A stretch of 64,000 nucleotides of DNA from NCBI GenBank assembly GCA_963674755.2, contig CAXXVS010000002.1, positions 928,001 through 992,000 of the forward strand, given 5' to 3'. A model generated the notes under the pieces. The model did no database searches. It was not told the origin of the DNA and saw only the letters and a list, made by a program, of their open reading frames with translations. Positions within the stretch are counted from its first letter, which is position 1. Each line of letters begins with the position of its first letter. The stretch is from Desulfobacterales bacterium. GTDB lineage: Bacteria > Desulfobacterota > Desulfobacteria > Desulfobacterales > UBA5852. Shown one piece after another: positions 37,754 to 46,494 of the stretch. Both the position numbers and the translations under genes were made by a program.

Positions 37754-39064
37754 ATGACAACCAATGCGCGTTTCATGCCGGCTTTCGCCACCCCGGAGGA
37801 ACTCCGTGCTCACCAGCTCAAAGGACTGCAATGGACGGTAGCCCATACCTATAACGAATCCCCAGATTACCGCCAAAAATTTGATGCGGCCGGTGTGACA
37901 CCGGCGGACATTCAGGAGCTGGATGACCTGCGGCGTCTGCCCTTTACCACGGCCGACGACTTGCGCAACGGCTATCCTTTTCCGCTGCGCTGCGTACCGT
38001 TCGAGAAAATCATCCGGATTCATTCCAGCAGCGGGACCACCGGCAAACGCAAAAACCTGTGCTACACCCAAAAAGATGTCGATGACTGGGCCCATTTTTT
38101 TGCCCGTTGCTATCAGATGGCCGGTGTGACCGCTCAAGACCGGGTTCAAATTGCGGTAGGGTATGGCGTTTGGACCGCAGGTGTGGGGTTTCAGGCAGGC
38201 TGTGAAAAGATCGGCGCCATGGCCCTGCCGGCCGGACCGGGCAACGTGGACCTGCAATGTCAATTCATGCTGGATCTGCAATCTACCGTGCTGTGTTGCA
38301 CCGCTTCCATGGGACTTTTGTTGGCCGAGGAAATCAAACGGCGCGGATTGAGCGATCTCATCAGCATTCGTAAGATCATCTACGGTTCGGAGCGTTCGTC
38401 CCGGTCCATGCGGGAGAAGATCAGCAGCCTCCTGGGGGGCGCTGAATTGTTTGATATCACCGGCCTGACGGAATTATATGGCCCGGGAACCGGCATCGAG
38501 TGCCGCCACCACGATTGCATCCACTACTGGGCCGACTACTTCCTGCTTGAAATCATCGATCCGGAAACCCTCCAGCCCGTGGAAGACGGGGCGTGGGGGG
38601 AGATGGTGATCACCAGCCTGAGTAAGGAAGCCGTGCCCCTGATTCGCTACCGCACCCGGGATATTACCCGCATCCTTCCGGGCCCCTGCAGCTGCGGCAG
38701 CATCATGCCCCGGCATTCGCGCATCATGGGCCGCACCGACGATATGTTCAAGTTCCGGGCGGTAAATATTTACCCCTCGCATATCGACAAGATTATCTCG
38801 GGCCTGGCCGGATTGGGGTCGGAATACCAAATCCACCTCATCCGCGATGCCTCTGAACGGGGGGTCATGCGCATTGTCTGCGAGATCGGCGAAGAGGCCC
38901 ACATGGAAGAATCGCAACCCCTGGCGGCCATGCTGGTGAAGAAAATCAAGCGCGAACTGATGGTCACCCCGGAAGTAGAGCTCGTGGCCTATGGAAGCCT
39001 GCCGCGTTCGGAACGCAAGAGCCAGCGTGTTTTCGATACACGCATCCAGGATTCGATCATCTAA
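37754..39064 (+). CDS. paaK: Phenylacetate-CoA ligase family
   Basis: 'RIHSSSGTTGK', 'GLTELYGPG', 'PLIRYRTRDI', 'GRTDDM'; ATG 37754 with GAGGAG RBS. Confidence 0.92.
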   Translation: MTTNARFMPAFATPEELRAHQLKGLQWTVAHTYNESPDYRQKFDAAGVTPADIQELDDLRRLPFTTADDLRNGYPFPLRCVPFEKIIRIHSSSGTTGKRKNLCYTQKDVDDWAHFFARCYQMAGVTAQDRVQIAVGYGVWTAGVGFQAGCEKIGAMALPAGPGNVDLQCQFMLDLQSTVLCCTASMGLLLAEEIKRRGLSDLISIRKIIYGSERSSRSMREKISSLLGGAELFDITGLTELYGPGTGIECRHHDCIHYWADYFLLEIIDPETLQPVEDGAWGEMVITSLSKEAVPLIRYRTRDITRILPGPCSCGSIMPRHSRIMGRTDDMFKFRAVNIYPSHIDKIISGLAGLGSEYQIHLIRDASERGVMRIVCEIGEEAHMEESQPLAAMLVKKIKRELMVTPEVELVAYGSLPRSERKSQRVFDTRIQDSII

Positions 39065-39146
39065 GGTCTCTGGACGGACACCGCGGTGGCTGAATAAAGC
39101 CTGGTTTTAGCAAAGAACCCCTAAGTTCCCGGCGGCGGCGTAATTC

Positions 39147-39401
39147 ATGGCAAGAGAATCGCCCTTTGTGGTCATCCCCTTCCAAAGACTGAGTGCGGAG
39201 GCCCTGACCGGATTGATAGAGGCCTATGTCAACCGGGAAGGCACGGACTACGGGCATGGGACGGCCCCCTCGCTGTCCCAGAAGGTCGTCCAGGTGCGTC
39301 GCCAGTTGGAGGAGGGGACCGCGGTGATCGTTTTTGACCCCGCCCTCCAAAACTGTAATATCATTCCCCGGCACACGCTGCCCAAGACGTCCGACTCCTA
39401 A
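39147..39401 (+). CDS. yheU: YheU family protein (UPF0270)
   Basis: 'IPFQRLSAEALTGLIEAYVNREGTDYG...KVVQVRRQLEEG'. Confidence 0.9.
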   Translation: MARESPFVVIPFQRLSAEALTGLIEAYVNREGTDYGHGTAPSLSQKVVQVRRQLEEGTAVIVFDPALQNCNIIPRHTLPKTSDS

Positions 39402-39432
39402 CCTTAAGTAGGCGGGTGAAGCCCTTCTTGCC

Positions 39433-42400
39433 ATGCAAGCTTTCGATCCTATCCAGAGTCCGCTGCACGGCAAATGCCTGATCGAAGCCGGTGCGGGAAC
39501 CGGCAAGACTTACGCCATCACCACCCTGGTGCTGCGCCTGATCCTTGAAAAAGCCCTGCCGGTGGAAACGATTCTCGTCGTAACCTTTACCACCGCGGCC
39601 ACGGCCGAATTGCGGGATCGCTTGCGCCGCCGGTTGAAGACCGCCCAAAGGATCCTACGGGGAGAGGCGTGTGACGATCCGCAACTAAATCGTCTAATTG
39701 CCGACTGCCGCCCTAAAGAAACGGCCACCGAGCGGCTGGAAGACGCCCTGGCGAATTATGACCGCATGCCGGTTTTCACCATTCATGGGTTTTGCCAGCG
39801 AATCCTCAACGAAATGGCTTTTGAAACCGGCAGCGCTTTTGACGCCGAACTCGTGACGGACACGACCCCTCTGATTCAGCGGCTGGCCGATGATTTCTGG
39901 CGTAAAACCTGGACCGCAGCCGCCCCGGAACTCATGCGGTTTGCCTTGCCCCGGATGAAAAGTCCCGACCATCTGGCCCTGTTGTACCGGCGCTATGCGG
40001 TTCCGTTGATGGACATCCAACCGGACGCGACTCCGGCAGCGCCCTCCATGGAGACCTTTCGAACGCAATGGTCCCAGATACGGGACCATTGGCCGTTATG
40101 CCGTGACGACGTCTTGGCCCTGCTGGCATCACCCGGCCTCAAGGCCAATATCTATGGTCGCCCGACCGATTCCGGCCACTTGGGCGCATTCCGCACCCCG
40201 CGGGAAGAAAAGATTCAAACCTGGGCCGGCGAACTGGACCGGTGGACACGATCGCCGACCAACGCCTTTCCGCCGCCGGAAGCCCTGGCCTATTTCACCT
40301 CCGGCAAACTCGTCCAGTCCGTCAAGAAAGGTGCTCCGGTTCCCCGGCATTCCTTTTTCGAGCAATGTGAACGCCTGCAGGAAGAGGCCCGTCGTCTGGA
40401 GGCACAGTTGCAGGCCTGGCTCGTTGGGACTTTTGTGAACTTCTTCCAGGCGATGGCGGCAGGACTGCGCCAGATCAAACAGGAGCAACAAGTCCTGTTT
40501 TTCGATGATCTTCTCATGAAGGTTCACGAGGCCCTGCAGCAAAAGGGCAACAGCGCTTTGAAGCACATGCTGAGGATGCGCTATCGTGCTGCCCTGATTG
40601 ACGAATTCCAGGATACGGACGCCATCCAATACGCGATTTTCAACGATCTCTTCGGGGGGGGCGAACACCTGATGGCCATGATCGGCGATCCGAAACAGGC
40701 CATTTACAGTTTTCGGGGGGCCGACATCTTTACCTACCTGTACGCCGCCCAGGATGCCCCGCAGCGCTACACCTTGACACGGAACTGGCGTTCCACCCCG
40801 CACATGGTTGAGGCCCAGAACAGTCTCTTCGGCCATCATGCCCGGCCCTTCCTGTGGCCTGAGATCGCCTACCATCGGGCCCTGGCCGCGCGGGGGGAAA
40901 TGCCCGCCGGCCAGGAAGGGGATCGTCCTCCTCCCTTGACCGTGTGGTACTTCGACAACCCTGCGGTGACCATGCGGCGTCGGGCCTTCAATAAGCAGAC
41001 GGCCGGCCAGCGTATTCTGGCAACCCTGGCCAGTGAAGTGCGGCGGCTGGCCGCTGCATCGCCGCCCGGGGAGGGCTGCGCCGTTTTCCAGGACATGGCG
41101 GTTCTGGTGCGCACCAACCGGCAGGCCCAGGAGGTGAAACATTGTCTGGCCGAGGCAGGCGTTCCCGCCGTCATCTACAATGCGGGCAGTGTGTTCCACC
41201 AGCCGGAAGCCCTTGACCTGCGGCGCCTGCTGCGGGCCGTAGCGGATCCGAGTGGCGAAAGCCGGCTGCGCACGGTGCTCACGACACCCCTGTTCGGCTG
41301 CCACAGTGAGGCCCTGGTCTTCGAGGATGCCGGACCGGACTGGTGGGCCGCCATGGTGGACCGCTTTTTCGGGTATCGCGAGCTGTGGCACCGGGATGGG
41401 TTCATCCGCATGTTCCGGCAGCTGGTCTTACGGGAACAAATTGTCGCACGACTGCTGGCCGGCCCCGGCGGAGAACGGTATCTCACCAATGTGCTGCACT
41501 TGGCGGAATTGCTGCACCAGGCCTCGCTTGAACGGGAACTGGGCATCGCTGAACTCATTCAATGGATGGATGTCCGGCGCATGCAGGCCAACGACACCGC
41601 CGATGCCCACCAGATGCGGCTGGAAAGCGACGATCAGGCCGTCACCATCATGACGGTTCACAAAAGCAAAGGGCTGGAATTCCCCATCGTGTTCTATCCC
41701 TTCGCTTGGGAAGGGCCGGCGCCGCCACGCCCTCCGGCCCTTTGCCATCAGGACGACCGCGACGGACATCGCCTGCTGGATCTGGGGTCCGATCAGCTGG
41801 AGAGCAACCTGGCCAAGATGGCGGAGGAACAGCTGGCCGAGGAAATCCGTCTGTTATATGTCGCCGTCACCCGGGCCAAAGAACGTTGTTATCTCGTTTG
41901 GGGGCCGCTGCCCTCGAGCGAGCACTCCGCCCTGGCCTACCTGCTCTATGGTGGAGGTGACGATGCTAAGACCGATGAGCAGGGGATGCGGCCGAAAATC
42001 GCCACCGCTTTCCGGGGGGCGGATGACACGGCCTACCGGGCGCCCATCGAAGCCCTGGTTGGGCAGTCGCAAGGCACGCTGGCGCTGGTCGATCTGCCGG
42101 AATCGTCCTCCGACCAAAGGCCAGCGTTGTTTCCGCCCGAATCACCGCACGAACGCCATGCCCGTCAGTATAAGCGGGGCCCAATGCCGGTCTGGAAGGT
42201 GGCCAGCTTTTCCTCTTTCATCAGCAAGCGCCGTGACGACGGTGAAATCCGGGAGGGGGGCTTGGAGAAAGAGGATCCCTATGGCGAAAGCCTTTCTTCT
42301 GAGGCGCATCGGGATCCATCCCGCGACATCGGCGAAATCGCCCGCTTTGAGGCCGGCCCGCGGGCCGGCGTCTTTCTGCACGAGATTCTGGAAAAGATCG

Positions 42401-43074
42401 ATTTCACGGAAAGCGCCTCCCTGGCCTGGCAGGACGTCATCGAAGAGCGTATGCAGGTCCACGGCATTGACGGCCGTTGGCAATACGCCATCCAGGACAT
42501 GCTGGGGCGTGTGGTGCACACCCCCCTGGAGGCAGGCACCGGCAACCCCTTTGCCCTGCGACAGATTACGAACGCGAACCGCTTGAATGAATTGGAATTT
42601 CACCTGCCCCTGCGCGCCGTCAACGCTGCTTCACTGGTCCAGGCATTTGCCGACGGTCGCCAAACGGTTTTCCAGGGCAAACTCAACGATCTCTTGGAGC
42701 AGCTGTCGTTCTCCCTGTCCGGCGGATACCTGAAAGGGTTTATCGATCTGGTTTTTCGCCATGAAGGTCGCTATTTCATTGCCGACTGGAAATCCAACCT
42801 CCTGGGGGATTCCTTTGACGCCTACCATCCCCGCCGCCTGGTGGACGTAATGGTGACGGACTATTATTTTTTACAGTATCACATTTATGCGCTGGCCCTT
42901 GATCGCTACTTAAAATCTTGCCTTCCAAACTATGCTTACCACAAGCACTTTGGCGGCGTTTTCTATCTTTTCATCCGCGGCATGGGCGTGCCAAACGGAC
43001 CGTCGTCCGGGGTGTTCTACGACTGCCCGGCCGGGGCGCTCATGCAACGACTGGAACAGGCGTTGATATTGTAA
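39433..43074 (+). CDS. recB: Exodeoxyribonuclease V beta subunit
   Basis: 'EAGAGTGKT', 'DEFQDTD', 'GDPKQAIYSFRGAD', nuclease 'GFIDLVF...DWKSN'. Confidence 0.97.
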   Translation: MQAFDPIQSPLHGKCLIEAGAGTGKTYAITTLVLRLILEKALPVETILVVTFTTAATAELRDRLRRRLKTAQRILRGEACDDPQLNRLIADCRPKETATERLEDALANYDRMPVFTIHGFCQRILNEMAFETGSAFDAELVTDTTPLIQRLADDFWRKTWTAAAPELMRFALPRMKSPDHLALLYRRYAVPLMDIQPDATPAAPSMETFRTQWSQIRDHWPLCRDDVLALLASPGLKANIYGRPTDSGHLGAFRTPREEKIQTWAGELDRWTRSPTNAFPPPEALAYFTSGKLVQSVKKGAPVPRHSFFEQCERLQEEARRLEAQLQAWLVGTFVNFFQAMAAGLRQIKQEQQVLFFDDLLMKVHEALQQKGNSALKHMLRMRYRAALIDEFQDTDAIQYAIFNDLFGGGEHLMAMIGDPKQAIYSFRGADIFTYLYAAQDAPQRYTLTRNWRSTPHMVEAQNSLFGHHARPFLWPEIAYHRALAARGEMPAGQEGDRPPPLTVWYFDNPAVTMRRRAFNKQTAGQRILATLASEVRRLAAASPPGEGCAVFQDMAVLVRTNRQAQEVKHCLAEAGVPAVIYNAGSVFHQPEALDLRRLLRAVADPSGESRLRTVLTTPLFGCHSEALVFEDAGPDWWAAMVDRFFGYRELWHRDGFIRMFRQLVLREQIVARLLAGPGGERYLTNVLHLAELLHQASLERELGIAELIQWMDVRRMQANDTADAHQMRLESDDQAVTIMTVHKSKGLEFPIVFYPFAWEGPAPPRPPALCHQDDRDGHRLLDLGSDQLESNLAKMAEEQLAEEIRLLYVAVTRAKERCYLVWGPLPSSEHSALAYLLYGGGDDAKTDEQGMRPKIATAFRGADDTAYRAPIEALVGQSQGTLALVDLPESSSDQRPALFPPESPHERHARQYKRGPMPVWKVASFSSFISKRRDDGEIREGGLEKEDPYGESLSSEAHRDPSRDIGEIARFEAGPRAGVFLHEILEKIDFTESASLAWQDVIEERMQVHGIDGRWQYAIQDMLGRVVHTPLEAGTGNPFALRQITNANRLNELEFHLPLRAVNAASLVQAFADGRQTVFQGKLNDLLEQLSFSLSGGYLKGFIDLVFRHEGRYFIADWKSNLLGDSFDAYHPRRLVDVMVTDYYFLQYHIYALALDRYLKSCLPNYAYHKHFGGVFYLFIRGMGVPNGPSSGVFYDCPAGALMQRLEQALIL

Positions 43075-43113
43075 AAATACCAAGAGATTAAACCGCTATA
43101 TATAAAGTAAGTA

Positions 43114-44970
43114 ATGAATTTCAAGACATACGAAATGCTGCTGCGGCGTGAGCTCTTCCGGGATATCGACATGGCTTTCGCACGGTTGCTCAACCGCGTG
43201 GCGCCGGAGGAACCCCGGGATGTTTTGCTGGCCGCCCTTCTGACCAGCCGTGCCACCGGAGAGGGCCATGTTTGTATCGACCTTCACCAGTGGGGGGAAC
43301 AGGCCATCCGACTGCCCCAGGAAGACGGTACGGCCGTTCCGTGTCCCGGGGCCGAAGCATGGATCACACAATTGCAGGAATCCGATCTGGTCGGCCAAAG
43401 CGACGGGAACCGCCCCCTCGTGCTGGACGATAAGGGGCGGGTCTACTTGCAGCGTCTCTACCGGGATGAGCAGAACCTGGCGGCGGATCTTCGCCATCGG
43501 GCCCTGGCAGAACGCCCGCCCGTTCCAATCACCCGGCCCCATGAGGTGCGAACGCTTCTGGAGCGCTATTTTGGCGGTTCCGACAAAAAGGTCGGACCGG
43601 ATTGGCAAAAAGTAGCCGCCGTGGTGACAATTTTAAAAAGGCTTTGCATCATCAGCGGCGCTCCGGGAACCGGCAAGACCACCACGGTGGCCAAATTGCT
43701 CGGTGCTCTCCTGGAGATGACATGCCCCGATTCGCTGCGCATTCATCTTTGCACCCCCACCGGCAAAGCCGCCGCCCGACTGGGGGCGGCCCTGGCCGAA
43801 GCCAGCCGTCAATTGGATTGTCCTCCCGCGGTCGCCGCGGCCCTTGCGGATCTGGTGCCCTGCACCATCCACCGCCTTCTGGGGGTTCAACGGGGCGGCA
43901 GGGGATTCCGCTATCATGAGGGCCACCGTCTGCCCACCGATCTGGTCGTCGTTGACGAAGCCTCCATGGTGGATCTTGTTTTGATGAGTCGGTTGGTGCG
44001 GGCCGTTCCCGAAGAGGCCCGTCTGGTCATTTTGGGGGACAAGGACCAGCTGGCTTCGGTGGAGGCCGGCGCCGTATTCGGTGATCTCTGTCGCAATGCG
44101 CTTAAAACATCTTACTCGTCCGCAATGCGACAGGCCATCGCGGAAATGGCCGGGGTCAGCCTGGATCCTCATGCCGCCGCGGCCCCCCATCCTGCGGCAC
44201 TGGATGATTGTCGGGTGGTTTTGCAAACCAATTATCGTTTCGCACCGGAAGAGAGCATCGGCGCTGTTGCGCGTGCCGTGAACGCCGGCCATACCGAAGC
44301 GTTGTTCGATATCTTGAAGACGAACCCGGCCCGAGGCGTCCGCTGGATGTCGTGGCACACGCGCCGGAGCTACGATAAAATCCTTGCAGCACAAGCCCAC
44401 AGAGGCTATGAAATCTATCTTACCAGCCGGGGACCGGAGGAGGCCCTGTCCAATTTCAGCCGCTTCATGATATTGAGCGTCTTAAAATCGGGACCCTTCG
44501 GTGTGGATGGGTTAAACGCCCTTGTCATGGCGACGCTGCAGCAGAAACGGCTGATTGGTCGAAACCGCCCCTGGTTTGTGGGGCGTCCCGTCATGATTAC
44601 CCGCAACCATTATCCCCTCCGGCTTTATAACGGGGACATCGGGTTGACCTGGCCGGATCCAGATGGTCGTTTGAAAGTCTGGTTCGATGGGGAGGACGGC
44701 GGCTTGCGCGCCATCAGCCCCCAGCAGCTACCCCCGCACCAGACCGTGTTTGCCATGACCGTCCATAAAAGCCAGGGATCGGAATTCGACCACGCCCTCC
44801 TGGTTTTGCCGGATCAGGACACACCGGTGATGACACGCGAACTGGTCTATACGGGATGTACCCGGGCCCGGCAGCGCTTGACCCTGGTGGCACAGGAAGA
44901 GATGATCGCTCTATCCCTGTCGCGCACCATCCAGAGGACATCGGGTCTGGTGGATGCCCTGCAGCGATGA
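43114..44970 (+). CDS. recD: Exodeoxyribonuclease V alpha subunit
   Basis: 'GAPGTGKTT', 'TIHRLLG', 'DEASMVD', 'MTVHKSQGSEF'. Confidence 0.97.
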   Translation: MNFKTYEMLLRRELFRDIDMAFARLLNRVAPEEPRDVLLAALLTSRATGEGHVCIDLHQWGEQAIRLPQEDGTAVPCPGAEAWITQLQESDLVGQSDGNRPLVLDDKGRVYLQRLYRDEQNLAADLRHRALAERPPVPITRPHEVRTLLERYFGGSDKKVGPDWQKVAAVVTILKRLCIISGAPGTGKTTTVAKLLGALLEMTCPDSLRIHLCTPTGKAAARLGAALAEASRQLDCPPAVAAALADLVPCTIHRLLGVQRGGRGFRYHEGHRLPTDLVVVDEASMVDLVLMSRLVRAVPEEARLVILGDKDQLASVEAGAVFGDLCRNALKTSYSSAMRQAIAEMAGVSLDPHAAAAPHPAALDDCRVVLQTNYRFAPEESIGAVARAVNAGHTEALFDILKTNPARGVRWMSWHTRRSYDKILAAQAHRGYEIYLTSRGPEEALSNFSRFMILSVLKSGPFGVDGLNALVMATLQQKRLIGRNRPWFVGRPVMITRNHYPLRLYNGDIGLTWPDPDGRLKVWFDGEDGGLRAISPQQLPPHQTVFAMTVHKSQGSEFDHALLVLPDQDTPVMTRELVYTGCTRARQRLTLVAQEEMIALSLSRTIQRTSGLVDALQR

Positions 44971-45066
44971 GTTCGGCGTCATCGGGGATTGACAACAGGA
45001 TCGTCTTATATCCCGGCAGCGACGGAACCCATTTCACAATCTTCAACACCAAGCAGGAGTTTTGCC

Positions 45067-46080
45067 ATGCAAACGAAAGCCGTTATTAGGGGAACCGGAC
45101 GTTATGTGCCGCCCCGCGTTGTCACCAACGACGATCTGACCCAATGGATGGAAACATCGGATGAATGGATCCGGCAACGCACCGGCATTGAAAAGCGGCA
45201 CTGGATCGATGAGAAAGCCCCGGTCGGGGCCAGCGATCTTGGTCTCGAGGCCAGCCGGATAGCCCTCGACAGGGCCGGCTGGACCGCCGCGGATATCGAC
45301 CTGATCATATTCGCCACCCTCAGCCCGGATCTTTTTTTCCCGGGGTCGGGGTGTCTGCTACAGCATAAACTGGGATTGCAGGATACGCCGTCGCTGGATA
45401 TTCGCCAGCAGTGCACCGGCTTCATTTATGGCCTGGCCACGGCCGATGCCTATATCCGCAGCGGCATGGCCCGTAAAATTCTCTTGGTGGGGGCCGAGGT
45501 GCACAGCTCCGGTCTGGATCTTTCCACCACAGGCCGCGATGTGAGCGTGATCTTCGGCGACGGCGCGGCAGCAGTCTGCATCGAAGCGGTGGAGACTGAT
45601 GCGAAGGTGGGCGTCTTGGCTTCGGTACTGCACGCCAAGGGCGCCATGGCGGAAAGCCTCATGACCGAGGCACCGACCTCACGGAAGTGGCCGCGGCTGA
45701 CAACGAAAATGATGGAGGAGCGCCGCCATTATCCGCATATGGACGGCAAGGGGATTTTCAAGGAGGCCCTGCGACGTCTTCCGGAGGTCACCAATGAAGC
45801 GCTGCAGCAGGCCGGGCTCGAAAAGGAAGACATCGATCTCTATATCCCCCACCAAGCCAATATGCGCATCAACCAGTTCTACCAGCAGATGATGAAACTG
45901 CCCGAAGAAAAGGTCTTTCACAATATCCAGCGCTACGGCAACACCACAGCGGCGACCATCCCTTTGGCCCTGGACGAGGCCCTGGAAATGGGACTGGTAG
46001 GGAAGGGTAGCACGGTATTGTTCCTGGGGCTGGGATCCGGTGTTACCTGGGGGGCCAACATCCATCGGTTTCCCGCGTAA
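45067..46080 (+). CDS. fabH: 3-oxoacyl-ACP synthase III family
   Basis: 'TSDEWIRQRTGI', catalytic 'QQCTGF', 'IPHQAN', 'YGNT'. Confidence 0.93.
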   Translation: MQTKAVIRGTGRYVPPRVVTNDDLTQWMETSDEWIRQRTGIEKRHWIDEKAPVGASDLGLEASRIALDRAGWTAADIDLIIFATLSPDLFFPGSGCLLQHKLGLQDTPSLDIRQQCTGFIYGLATADAYIRSGMARKILLVGAEVHSSGLDLSTTGRDVSVIFGDGAAAVCIEAVETDAKVGVLASVLHAKGAMAESLMTEAPTSRKWPRLTTKMMEERRHYPHMDGKGIFKEALRRLPEVTNEALQQAGLEKEDIDLYIPHQANMRINQFYQQMMKLPEEKVFHNIQRYGNTTAATIPLALDEALEMGLVGKGSTVLFLGLGSGVTWGANIHRFPA

Positions 46081-46115
46081 AAAGGCGCTTAAAAACCGGT
46101 CAGTGAACCGAATCC

Positions 46116-46151
46116 AAAGGGGGGCGGATCTTCCGCCCCCCTTTATTTTTT
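46116..46151. terminator. Intrinsic terminator between convergent genes
   Basis: aaaggggggcgga/tct/tccgccccccttt followed by ATTTTTT. Confidence 0.88.
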
Positions 46152-46165
46152 CCACTTTCAGGAGG

Positions 46166-46363
46166 CTATTGTCGTCGGGTGCACGGGATCGCGTCGGCCA
46201 GGATGCCGCGAACCCGGTCGAGCAACAGGCAGGTGTCAGAACAGCGCGGCAGGTTTTCGCTTTGTTCGCAGGAACGGCAGGGGCTCTCCATCAGATAGCC
46301 GATCTCGAAGTCGAAATGACAGGTGTAGGAATAGGGTGCGTCCGGGATACGCTGCAATTTCAT
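46166..46363 (-). CDS. Small Cys-rich protein
   Basis: 65 aa; 'FEIGYLMESPCRSC-x8-C-x3-C'; ends at the shared terminator. Confidence 0.65.
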   Translation of the reverse strand: MKLQRIPDAPYSYTCHFDFEIGYLMESPCRSCEQSENLPRCSDTCLLLDRVRGILADAIPCTRRQ

Positions 46364-46494
46364 GTCAGGATTACCACAAAATCATTCATGTTGGTGGCGT
46401 CGTAAAAACGCGTTTGGGTAAAAGGGCATACCGTCGGTTCGCGGCGGCCAAACGAGAATGTTCTCTATCAGAAAAGCCTGCCTCGGCCAACCCC

